The position numbers and the translations under genes were made by a program. Positions 39,495 to 48,565 of a stretch of DNA of 64,000 bases are shown piece by piece (position 1 is the first letter of the stretch; each line of letters starts with the position of its first letter). A model generated the notes under the pieces. The model searched no databases. It had not been told where the DNA came from and was given only the letters and a program-made list of their open reading frames with translations. Source of the stretch: Planctomycetota bacterium (GTDB lineage Bacteria > Planctomycetota > PLA2 > JAEUHO01); the NCBI GenBank assembly GCA_046350655.1, contig JAXMAB010000004.1:25343-89342 (forward strand). The letters are read 5' to 3'.

Positions 39495-39957
39495 CACCGT
39501 CGTCTGGGCCCTCGTCCTGCACCCGCGTCCGAGCGAGGTCCATGCGCGCCTCCTCGATGCTCATCCCCGCAGCGCGGAGGACTTCCCCCGCGATCCCTTC
39601 GTCGCCCAGGAGCCCCAGGAAGACGTGCGCGACATCAATCCGTGGCTCGCGCAAGAGCTGCGCCTCCGCCAGGGATGCCTCCAGCACGCGCTTGACGGAG
39701 GGCGTGACGGGCAGTCCCCCCGGGGAGACCGCTTCGGAGCCGCGGTGCGCTCGCGCGAGGATGGTGTCGCGAATCGTTGCGCCGTCCATCCCCTTGCGGG
39801 CAAGCAGATCCCGGAGGCGCGTGCTCGGGTGCTCCACGCACGCGATCAAGATGTGCTCCGGGGTGACGCAGGGGATGCCCAGCGCTCTGGCGGCATCCAT
39901 CGCTCTGTGCAGGAGACGCGGCCCACCTTGCTCAGGCGCCTTGGACATGGGCCCCAT
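39481..39957 (-). CDS. Clp amino-terminal (Clp_N) domain protein.
   Basis: Two Clp_N-like repeats (PEHILIACVEH..., AHVFLGLLGDEGIAGEVL). Start at 39957 or 39948. Confidence 0.5.
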   Translation of the reverse strand: MGPMSKAPEQGGPRLLHRAMDAARALGIPCVTPEHILIACVEHPSTRLRDLLARKGMDGATIRDTILARAHRGSEAVSPGGLPVTPSVKRVLEASLAEAQLLREPRIDVAHVFLGLLGDEGIAGEVLRAAGMSIEEARMDLARTRVQDEGPDDGATHE

Positions 39958-40006
39958 TCTACGGGTCGACACGGCGGCACCTTCCGGCCCGCGGAGATCG
40001 CCTAAC

Positions 40007-40510
40007 GTGGGCACCCGTGGACCCTCCCCGACGCCGACGCGGCTGCTCCAGCTGCGCGGCTCCTGGCGCGCGAAGCAGCGCGTGAACGAACCCCGGCCCC
40101 GGCGCACGCGTCCGCGGCCGCCGGCGACGCTCGGGGCCGAGGCGAAGAAGGGGTTCCTCTCCCTCGTGCGCCAGCTCTACGCCCAGCACGTCGTCGTGGG
40201 GCTCGACGCCCAGTCGCTCGCGCGCTACGCGGACCTCCTCGTCGACTACTGGAAGGCCGCCGAGTTCGTCGCGAAGCACGGCGCCGTCTACGTCGTGCGG
40301 GGGAAGCCAGCACGGGAGGGCGAGCAGGGCCCCGCGATCGGCTTCCGTCCCTACCCGCAGATGGCGCTCAAGATCGCGCTGGCCTCCGAACTCCTGCGCC
40401 TGGAGCGCGAGTTCGGGCTGACCCCCTCGGCCCGCGCCCGGGTCGAGGTCGAGGCGCCCGTGCCCGCGGAGCCGGCCTTCCACTACTTCGACGCGACGGA
40501 GGTCGGATGA
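40007..40510 (+). CDS. Phage terminase small subunit, P27 family.
   Basis: GTG at 40007. C-terminal LEREFGLTPSARARV matches my recollection of the P27-family signature. Confidence 0.6.
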   Translation: MGTRGPSPTPTRLLQLRGSWRAKQRVNEPRPRRTRPRPPATLGAEAKKGFLSLVRQLYAQHVVVGLDAQSLARYADLLVDYWKAAEFVAKHGAVYVVRGKPAREGEQGPAIGFRPYPQMALKIALASELLRLEREFGLTPSARARVEVEAPVPAEPAFHYFDATEVG

Positions 40511-41044
40511 CCGGGTCCCGCAAGACCCCGGCGCGGGGGGCGAAGGCCCCCGTCGCGGCGTGGAAGGACGCCGCGCTCGAGCGGGTCTGCCGCACGGGGA
40601 TCCCGGGCTACGACCCGTGGGCGGCCGCGGGGGCGGGCCACCGCTTCGACGTCAGGCGCGCCCGTCGCGCGATCGGCTTCTTCCACGACATGCTCGTCTT
40701 CGTCGAGGGCGAGCGCGCGGGGGAGCCGTTCGAGCTCGAGCCCTGGCAGGCGGCGATCGTGGGGAACCTCTTCGGTTGGGTCGAGAGGAAGCCCGGACTT
40801 CCGCTGGTACCCGAAGCAGGGGACCGTCGTCGGCTACGTGAACGGCGTCGCCGCCGGCGTCGCGAGCGTGGACACGGACGCGCGGACGATCACGTTCGCG
40901 GCGGCGCCGGGGGTGGGGGCCACTGTGAAGGCGACCTACCGGGGCCTACGCCTCGTCCGCCTCTCGGATCCGCCCTCGTTCCAGGGCGTCACGAAGCGCT
41001 TCGGGCAGTACGAACTCGCGCTCGAGGAGGTCCTGCGCGACTGA
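40507..41044 (+). pseudogene. Phage terminase large-subunit N-terminal fragment (about 95 aa) joined, out of frame, to the C-terminal tail (about 80 aa) of another phage protein. Deletion scar.
   Basis: FELEPWQAAIVGNLFGW is the conserved terminase-large N-terminal motif. After about 40795 the frame turns to junk, while another frame encodes ...GYVNGVAAGVASVDTDARTITF...GQYELALEEVLRD*. Confidence 0.5.
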
Positions 41045-41140
41045 CCGTCCCCGGTGGGGTCTCCCCGCGGTATGCTGTCGGCGTAACAGTTCCGAAGGGC
41101 AGTCCTCTCCAGCGGGCCGCCCCTCCACACGGAGGTCCTC

Positions 41141-41470
41141 ATGCGCCCGCTGGTCCTGCTCCTCGCTCTCGTCGCACTCCTGCTCCCCGCCTGCCAGGCC
41201 GGCTCCGGTCCGTCCAGCACGCTGGAGGTCCAGCCCGCGGTCGGCGCGGGGGCGCGCGTCTTCGCCGGCCCCGAGGACGGAGTCGGTGCCGCCGCTCGCC
41301 TCGACCTCGGGAAGTACGGCTTTCGCACGGGCAAGGCGGCCGAGCCGGCCCCCGCGGCCGCGCCGTCCGCCACCCCCGAGGAGTGCCCCAGCGGCATGTG
41401 CCCCGTGCCGAAGGCGGACCCACTGCGCGTCCCCGAGGCGCCCGCCCCCGACGCCGGGAGGCGGCCGTGA
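41141..41470 (+). CDS. Small Pro/Ala-rich lipoprotein with 4 Cys. Resembles an o-spanin.
   Basis: RBS ggagg. Lipobox LLPAC. Stop overlaps the next gene's GTG (GTGA). Confidence 0.45.
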   Translation: MRPLVLLLALVALLLPACQAGSGPSSTLEVQPAVGAGARVFAGPEDGVGAAARLDLGKYGFRTGKAAEPAPAAAPSATPEECPSGMCPVPKADPLRVPEAPAPDAGRRP

Positions 41471-42225
41471 GCGCCCTGCGTGGAGCCCTCACCTCGCGCT
41501 ACGCGGGGTGGGCCGCGGTCCTCCTGGCGGGCCTGGCGGCGTGCCAGGGCGTCGAGTTTGGCGTCGGGGTGAAGCCTGCGGTCCCCCCGCCGGACCCGGC
41601 GGTCGTGAAGCAGGTCGAGGACGCGAAGGTCGCCGTCGGCGAGGCCGAGCGGAAGGCGAAGGAGGCGGGGCAGCTCGCGGCGGAGGCGGAGGCCGCGCGC
41701 GCGGCGGCTGCCGCCACGGCCGCAGAGCTCGAGCGCAGGGTCGCCGCCGGCGAGGCCACCCAGGCGGACCTCGAGCAGGCCCGGCGACGCGCCACGGAGG
41801 CCGCGACCGAGGCGACCCAGGCGAGGGAGCGCGCCGACCGCGCCCGCGCGTGGACCGACGACTTCTCGGCGCGCGTCACGGCGGCGAACGACCGCCTCGC
41901 GAAGGCCGAGGCGGCGTGGCGCGACGCCGCGGGCGCCGGGCTCAACGCCGAGGGCCCGAAGGACACGACGCCGTGGGGACTCCTCTCCTGGGCGATCAGC
42001 ACGGGGCTCCTCGTGGTGCTCAACGAGAGGCGCAAGCGCGAGGCGAAGGCCGTGCTGGACGCCGCGAAGCAGGAGAGCGCGGACGTCGTCGCGCGCCAGG
42101 ACGACGCCCCGTTCGTGGGCAGCGGCGGGAAGCTCGAGCCCGAGCATCGCCTGGCCGACACGCCCTCCCGTCTCGACGCCGTCGAGGCCGCGCTGTCGGC
42201 CGCGGGCGTGCTGAAGCGGCCGTGA
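41467..42225 (+). CDS. Coiled-coil protein with a lipobox (LAAC) and a C-terminal TM.
   Basis: GTG at 41467. Ala/Glu/Arg-rich heptads, then WGLLSWAISTGLLVVL. Confidence 0.45.
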   Translation: MSALRGALTSRYAGWAAVLLAGLAACQGVEFGVGVKPAVPPPDPAVVKQVEDAKVAVGEAERKAKEAGQLAAEAEAARAAAAATAAELERRVAAGEATQADLEQARRRATEAATEATQARERADRARAWTDDFSARVTAANDRLAKAEAAWRDAAGAGLNAEGPKDTTPWGLLSWAISTGLLVVLNERRKREAKAVLDAAKQESADVVARQDDAPFVGSGGKLEPEHRLADTPSRLDAVEAALSAAGVLKRP

Positions 42226-42506
42226 CCCACGACCGTGGCCCCCGCTTCGCCCCTGCAGAGTCCGACGACCCGACTCGTCGGCTCCGCCGCCTCGAGGACT
42301 GGGCCGGCCGCCACGACCAGTGGTCGGCCCAGACCGCGGTCGAGGGGCACGAGAAGGTGGTCCGCGTGGAGGAGCGCGTGACGGTCCTCGAGGGCAAGGT
42401 CGTGAGGCTCTTCGCGTCGGTCGGCGAGCACCGGCTCAAGTGGGGGATCGTGGCGTGGGTCGTCGGGACGGCGACGGCGGCGGCGATCGCCATGCTGGCC
42501 CGCTAG
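42222..42506 (+). CDS. Small protein with a C-terminal TM (WGIVAWVVGTATAAAIAMLA).
   Basis: GTG at 42222 overlapping the upstream stop (GTGA). Confidence 0.4.
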   Translation: MTHDRGPRFAPAESDDPTRRLRRLEDWAGRHDQWSAQTAVEGHEKVVRVEERVTVLEGKVVRLFASVGEHRLKWGIVAWVVGTATAAAIAMLAR

Positions 42507-42581
42507 GATTGACGGACCACCGCAGGTCGTAACGTGTCGCGAGCGGGCACCGCCTGATCGAGGCGCCGTCGGGAGCTGAAC

Positions 42582-44768
42582 ATGATCCTCCGCTACTCGT
42601 GTCGAGGTCGCCGTCGGTTCACTCTCGGGGCTGCGCGGCGAGACTCAAGATGGGTGGCGGCGATCGCGCTCGCACTCCTGGTGAGCCCCGTATGGGCGGA
42701 GGACCCGCCGGCCGACCCCGAAGTCTCGTCTTACCCGCTCGTGTTCCGGTCCGACGATCGCAAGGATGTGGTTGCCACCACGGTGCTCGACGGCCGAACG
42801 GGCCGCCCAATCCGCGGAGCTATCGTGCGCGGCTACGCCGAGGGTGTGAGCGGCAGGGCGGCGGCCGTGAATGCCCTGGTCTGCTCGCTCACGACGGACG
42901 AACAGGGGATCGCGTCGGCCCGACTCGACACGGAGGCCCTGGGGTGCAGCCACTGGACGGTCACGGCCCCTGGCTATCGACCCTACGCGGAGTTCCATGG
43001 GTACTGGCCCCCAACGCGCGTGCTGCTTAAGCCCGGCACGCCGATGGCGGTCCGAGTTCTGGACGCCATGGGCCGCTCTGTCGTCGATGTAGCCGTCGAA
43101 GGGTACGAGGGCTGCCCGCACGCGCCGGCGGCGGTGCGCGGCCGGACTGACGCGAACGGCATCTTCCGCGTCGAGGACGGCTCTGCCCGGGGATACGAAC
43201 TGTGGGTCGAGGCGGCCGGCTGCGCACGCCGGCCGGAATCGCTCCAGGCCGTGTTCGGCGACACGCCTGACACTTGCCTACTGCGCCCGGGGATCGATGT
43301 GCGGGGGCGTCTAACGGACGTCGACGGCCGACCGATCCACGGCGCGGTCGTCCGTGGCACTGGCTACCCGCGCGGTCCCGCTACGCTGACGGACAGCGAC
43401 GGCCGCTTCGTGCTCTCGGGACTAGGCGTGGAAGATGGGGTCCAGGTCTTCCACCCGACGCTTGCCGTGGAGGGAGAGACGACCCACATGGTCCGTCGCG
43501 TCGCGGCGGACGCGCCGCTCGACCTTGTGTGGACGGTGGAAGGCCTGGCGCTTCCCCCGGCGCGCGGCACTCTCGTCATTGCAGCGCGAGACGGCAAGGG
43601 GGCGCCGGGATCGGGACTCCACCTTCTCGTGATCGGGCGCGACGGTCGGTGCTATCCCGCGGCGACGGACGACAGCGGGGCCGCATCCCTCGAGGTCCCG
43701 TGTGGCGAGGTTCGCGTCCGTGGCGACAGCCCGTTCGACCCGTACGAGGTCGCGGAGACGACCGCTGTCGTGCGCCAGGCGGAGACCTCGCGGGTCGATC
43801 TCGCGTTTACCGCGCGCCCGCGTTTTCAGATCGAGGGCGGCGTGGCGCCCGATGTCGATGCGAGCCTCGCGGCGGCGGGCCGGGTCTACGACGGCGATCT
43901 GCTCCCGACCGACAAGGGTGCGCCCCCGCCAGTCTGGTTGCCCGCGGACGCGCCCGCCGTACTCCGACTGTCTGCCGAGCAGGAGACATCCTGGTCCTTC
44001 CAGGAAGTCGGGCCGGTCGTGGACGGCGTGCGGACCGTGAAGGTGCGGCCGCGGCCTGCCCATCGCGTTCGCATCGCACCGGACGATCGCCTCGACGGCG
44101 CCTGGGTCTTCGTGACCTCGGACGGTGGGTCCGGGGAGGGGCGCCCGTACGATGTCGTCCACGGGGTCATTTCGTTCTTTCGCGGGGGCCGATTCCGAAT
44201 CGTGGTGGATACGGAGGGGGACTCGCCCGCGCGAGTCGTGTCGCTGGAGCTCCCCCCGCTCGCGCAGGGAGCCATCGAACGGTCAGTCGATCTCGCGAAG
44301 GAAGGGCAGATCGACCATCTCAGTGGCACGGCGAGGCTCCTCGTCACGATGGCCGACGGCAAGGCTGTTCCCGAGATGAAAGTCTCGGGCGACAGGTTCT
44401 CAGTGGACGGGGCAGAGTCCCCAGTCGAGGTCTCGGCGCCCGACTCCGTCCTCCTCGCGCCCGTGGGGCTCCAGCCGCTCCAGGTCTTCGTCCCGCGCGC
44501 TGGCGACCAGAAGGTCCTGTTCCCGACCGGAGGCATCGACCTCTCGACGACGGATGCCGCGGGCGCTCCAGTCACGGTTTCCGTCCTGATCGACGGGGTT
44601 GAACACCGCGCCGCTGAGGGACACCTGGCGCTGCGCGGCCTCGCCGCTGGCGCTCACGCAGTGATTGTCCAGCGTGAGTCGTGGCCGCCCCGCGTTCCCG
44701 AGAGTCGCATTTGGCGGTTCACTCTCGCCGACGGCGAGGTGCGGGCGAAAACTCTCCCTCTTCCGTGA
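42582..44768 (+). CDS. Secreted protein with carboxypeptidase-regulatory-like domains (728 aa).
   Basis: Signal WVAAIALALLVSPVWAEDP. Motifs TDANGIFRV and TDSDGRFVLSGL. Confidence 0.55.
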   Translation: MILRYSCRGRRRFTLGAARRDSRWVAAIALALLVSPVWAEDPPADPEVSSYPLVFRSDDRKDVVATTVLDGRTGRPIRGAIVRGYAEGVSGRAAAVNALVCSLTTDEQGIASARLDTEALGCSHWTVTAPGYRPYAEFHGYWPPTRVLLKPGTPMAVRVLDAMGRSVVDVAVEGYEGCPHAPAAVRGRTDANGIFRVEDGSARGYELWVEAAGCARRPESLQAVFGDTPDTCLLRPGIDVRGRLTDVDGRPIHGAVVRGTGYPRGPATLTDSDGRFVLSGLGVEDGVQVFHPTLAVEGETTHMVRRVAADAPLDLVWTVEGLALPPARGTLVIAARDGKGAPGSGLHLLVIGRDGRCYPAATDDSGAASLEVPCGEVRVRGDSPFDPYEVAETTAVVRQAETSRVDLAFTARPRFQIEGGVAPDVDASLAAAGRVYDGDLLPTDKGAPPPVWLPADAPAVLRLSAEQETSWSFQEVGPVVDGVRTVKVRPRPAHRVRIAPDDRLDGAWVFVTSDGGSGEGRPYDVVHGVISFFRGGRFRIVVDTEGDSPARVVSLELPPLAQGAIERSVDLAKEGQIDHLSGTARLLVTMADGKAVPEMKVSGDRFSVDGAESPVEVSAPDSVLLAPVGLQPLQVFVPRAGDQKVLFPTGGIDLSTTDAAGAPVTVSVLIDGVEHRAAEGHLALRGLAAGAHAVIVQRESWPPRVPESRIWRFTLADGEVRAKTLPLP

Positions 44769-44792
44769 CCCCCTGGCCCGCGGACGAGTCCA

Positions 44793-45895
44793 CTACGCGA
44801 GCACCTTCCCGACCGCGGCCCGCCGCCGTTCCGACGTCGAGTGGGCGTAGCGCATCGTCATGGCGGCCGTCTTGTGGCGCATGAGGTCCTGGACCGTCCG
44901 CAGGTCCACGCCCTTCGCGAGGAGGGCCGTCGCGAAGGAGTGCCGCAGTGTGTGCCAGCCGATCGCGGGGAAGTCCCGATCGCCGGCGTCCCAGTCCGCC
45001 CGGGCGCGGACGAGCGCCTCGCGCTTCCTCGTGCAGCCGCTCGCGGGGTCGGCCAGGTACTTCGCGACGCGGAGCTTCAGGTGGACGCGCCGGCAGAAGC
45101 GGTGGAGCCCCGTGTAGGCGGCGCGGATGTGGGGCCCGAGGCGGACGACGGGGCCGGCCACGACCCGGTGGCGCTTCAGGATCTCCATGAGCGGGGGGCT
45201 GATCTCGAGCTTCGCGTCCCGGTGCGTCTTCGTGGCCCGCACGAGCAGCACCTGGCGGTCCCAGTCGATGTCCGAGGTCTGCAGGCCGTAGAACTCGGCG
45301 CGGCGAAGGCCGGCGAGCGCGGCGAGCGCCACCGGGGGCTCCCACTTCGTGCCGCGGACCGCCTCGAGGAGGAGGGCGACCTGCTCGGGCTCAAGGTGCT
45401 TGGGCTCCTCCTGCTGGATCGTCGGGCAACGGAAGTCGCCGACGAAGTCGGGGCAGGCGACCCCGCTCCCCTCGGCGCCGGCCCAGCGGATGAACCGGCG
45501 GCACTCGCCGACGAACATCTGGATCGACCGGGGGCCCCAGCCGTGTGGTCCGCCACGTAGCGGACGAAGAGCGCCCGGGTCCACTGGTGCATCGGTGTGG
45601 AGGCCCATGCTCCGAAGAGCGGCTCGAGCCTGGCGCGGCACATCTCGATCGTGGCCGGCCGGGCCCCGAGACGCTTCTCGTCGAGGTAGGTGTCGAGAGC
45701 GTCCGTGGCGCTCTTGAGCGCCGGGTTGTTGTGGCGCGCGCCGTGAGAGCGTTCGAAGGCGCGCAGGTAGGTCTTCGCGATCGCCTCGTTGTCGGTCTTG
45801 AGTCCCTTGCTGTGGACGTTCCCGAGCTCGTCGCGCCACTGCAGGTAGGCGAGACGCTGGCCCTTGAGCGTCTCGCGCCATCGGATCCAGGCCAT
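44793..45895 (-). pseudogene. Tyrosine integrase (phage-integrase family), frameshifted near 45535 in a G/C homopolymer run.
   Basis: N-terminal arm/SAM-like part in one frame (MAWIRWRETLKGQRLAYLQW...). Catalytic domain (R..HxLRHSFAT..LMRH...Y) in another frame. About 115 bp from tRNA-Ser. Confidence 0.65.
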
Positions 45896-46009
45896 GTAAG
45901 GCTCCTCTGCTGACGTGGATTTGCTGACGTGGGCCCTTGAGAGCCCTTGTAGCGCGCATGGGGGACGCCCCGGGAAGCCGCGTAAGTCCGCGGCACATCG
46001 GGGTTTGTA

Positions 46010-46101
<92 letters not shown>

Positions 46102-46315
46102 GAAGAGGTCGCGGCGTTATACCCCGGGCCGCCCGCCGCGCCATGTCGCGCACCCAGGTTCACCGGCCCTGCGCCCCCATCGTCGCCCCCCGGGCCGGGC
46201 GCCCCGTCCCGCCGCCCGTCGCCGGAGGGCCCTGCGAGTAGAACGGAGCCGCAGGGACGGGACGCCCGCGGCGGCATCGATGCGACGCCGGATCCCGCCC
46301 GCCGAGGGGGTCCCG

Positions 46316-47542
46316 ATGCTCGTCCGTCGCGCGCTCGAAGCAGTCCTGCTCCTCGGGTGCCTCGCGGCCGGCCCGCGCCCCGCGTCGGCCTGCTGCATGG
46401 TCCCGACGAGCTGGAAGGGCGACGTGGACCAGGCCGACCAGCACGGCGTCGTGCTCCACCACGACGGGCACGAGGAGCTCATCGTCCGCGTCGCACCGTT
46501 CTTCCAGACGACGGACCGCACCCCGCTCGCCGCCGACGCCCCTCCGCCGCCCGCGCTCGAGTGGGTCGTCACCGTCCCCACGCCGCCCACGAGCTACGGC
46601 CTCGTCCCCGCCTCGGTCTTCACCGACGTGGCCGCGCTCGTGAGCCGACTGCAACGCCTCGCGGCCGAGCAGCACGAAGCCCGCACGCGCTGGGAGGTGC
46701 CGCTCCTCAAGACGTACAGCCTCGGCGCCTCCGCTCCCTCGGCCGGCACCTGGGACGCCCTCGACGTCGGCCCGCGCGTCCGCGTCGGCCCGTACGAGAT
46801 CACGCCCGTCAAGGCGCGCGGCCGCGAAGCCCTCGACACGCTCAACCGCTACCTCGCCGAACGCGGCTTCCCCGAGGAGACCCCCGACCACATGGCGTGG
46901 TTCGTCGAGCGCGGGTTCACGTTCCTCTGCATCCACATCACGCCGCCCGCCGGCGCGGCCCACCTCGGCGAACGCCTCGACCTCGAGCCCCTGCGCATCG
47001 GCTTCGCCACGGATCGGCCGTACTACCCCGCCAAGTTCTCGAGCCGACAGGGCGACTTCGCGCTCTCCCTCGCCGTCCTCAGTTCGCGCCCCGTCGCGAA
47101 GCCGTCCCTCGCCCGCATCGGCGACCGGTTGCGCGCCGGCCGGTCCACCGCCAACCTCTTCACCGTCGCCACGCCGCCCGCGTCGCTCGCGAGCGCCGTG
47201 CCGTCCGGCGTGGACCGCTGGTACGTCAACGCGTTCCGCTCGAAGGGCGTCAACCCGTTCGACGACGGCGGCCGACCCGCGATCTCCTCGTGGACCGACG
47301 ACGTCTTCTTCGACCTCGGCGGCGACGCCGACGCGCCGCCCGGGTGGTACTACGGCGACCGCGACCTCTGGATCGCCGAACGGGTCGTCCGCGAGCACGG
47401 CATCGCGATCGCGGTCTGGGGCGTGCTCGGCGCCGGGATCGCGGTCACGTTCCGCCGACGCAAGGCCCGCTCGCGATCGGCCGCCGGGCCTCGCGGTCCG
47501 GGCGCGAACTCCGTCGAGGCGGGAGACGTCTCCCGACGTTGA
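46316..47542 (+). CDS. Secreted protein with a C-terminal TM anchor. Possibly DUF2330-like.
   Basis: Signal MLVRRALEAVLLLGCLAAGPRPASA. C-terminal IAIAVWGVLGAGIAVTFRRRK. Confidence 0.5.
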   Translation: MLVRRALEAVLLLGCLAAGPRPASACCMVPTSWKGDVDQADQHGVVLHHDGHEELIVRVAPFFQTTDRTPLAADAPPPPALEWVVTVPTPPTSYGLVPASVFTDVAALVSRLQRLAAEQHEARTRWEVPLLKTYSLGASAPSAGTWDALDVGPRVRVGPYEITPVKARGREALDTLNRYLAERGFPEETPDHMAWFVERGFTFLCIHITPPAGAAHLGERLDLEPLRIGFATDRPYYPAKFSSRQGDFALSLAVLSSRPVAKPSLARIGDRLRAGRSTANLFTVATPPASLASAVPSGVDRWYVNAFRSKGVNPFDDGGRPAISSWTDDVFFDLGGDADAPPGWYYGDRDLWIAERVVREHGIAIAVWGVLGAGIAVTFRRRKARSRSAAGPRGPGANSVEAGDVSRR

Positions 47543-47549
47543 GAACGGG

Positions 47550-48377
47550 GTGAGGCTCCGGGTCGCCGTCGCCGCCTTCCTGTCGCTCGCGGCCTGCACC
47601 GGCCCGCGCGGGGCACGCGTGCGCGCGCCGTTCGTCGATCCCGACGTCGGCCGGCCGCCGACGCTCGCGGACCGCCAGCGCGGGCGCGGCGTCGCGCCCG
47701 GCGACGAACGGGGCCCCGGCGGGTTCGTGCCGCGGCGCGAGGCGAAGTCGTTCTACTCCGCGGGCGGCGGCCGCCTCTGGTACTACCTCAACACGTACTA
47801 CTGGGCGCCGACGGCGCTCGAGACCGACGACCTCTGGATCTTCGCCGACGTCGTCGAGCGGTTCACCGACCTGCGCCGCTGGACCGACGGTGCGCCGGAG
47901 CCGGTGCCCGCGTCGCGGCGGCCCGCGCCGAAGCACACGACCGAGTACTGGCAGGTCGGCCGCACCGGCCGCGCCATCTCGCTCGACAACCACAAGGACT
48001 TCTGCCTCCTCGACGACGACCTCTGCACCGGCGCGATCGAGGTGACCGTCACGCTGACGCTCGGGAGGCTGCGCGTGCGCGGGCCCGACGGGACGTGGGG
48101 CCGATCGAAGCAACCGTACGTCCTCGAGTTCCGCGACTACGGCGACGGGCGCGGGCTCGGCGCCGCGAACGCCCGCTTCACGCCGCTCGACGACGAGCCC
48201 ACGACGACGTGGACGTACCGCGTGCCGTGGTCGTCGCTACCCGGCCGCATGACGCGGAGCACGTGGGAGGAGCTGCGCGTGCCGACGTGGACGCTCGTCG
48301 AGCGTCGTCCGTCCCGCCGTCCCACCGACGACGCCGCGCCCGGCGCCACCGCTCCCGTCACGACGACCGACGACTGA
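47550..48377 (+). CDS. Lipoprotein (LAAC). Hypothetical.
   Basis: GTG at 47550. Tyr/Trp-rich mature domain. Confidence 0.5.
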   Translation: MRLRVAVAAFLSLAACTGPRGARVRAPFVDPDVGRPPTLADRQRGRGVAPGDERGPGGFVPRREAKSFYSAGGGRLWYYLNTYYWAPTALETDDLWIFADVVERFTDLRRWTDGAPEPVPASRRPAPKHTTEYWQVGRTGRAISLDNHKDFCLLDDDLCTGAIEVTVTLTLGRLRVRGPDGTWGRSKQPYVLEFRDYGDGRGLGAANARFTPLDDEPTTTWTYRVPWSSLPGRMTRSTWEELRVPTWTLVERRPSRRPTDDAAPGATAPVTTTDD

Positions 48378-48477
48378 CGAATCGGTCCACCGACACGGGT
48401 CGTCGATCGGCGGGTCGTGGTTCGGCGGACGGGCGCGTCCGTCGGCCACCGGGCCTCGCGTGCCCCGGGGTCGCCGT

Positions 48478-48562
48478 CCGATCCGCCAATCAACGCCGGT
48501 CGATGATGGGCGGATCCGCCAATAAACGCCGGTCGATTATTGGCGGATGCCGATCGTGGGCG
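48478..48562. repeat. Two tandem copies of a 31-bp palindromic element, CCGCCAAT-N15-ATTGGCGG.
   Basis: ccgccaatcaacgccggtcgatgatgggcgg and ccgccaataaacgccggtcgattattggcgg in a convergent intergenic region. Confidence 0.6.
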
Positions 48563-48565
48563 GGC

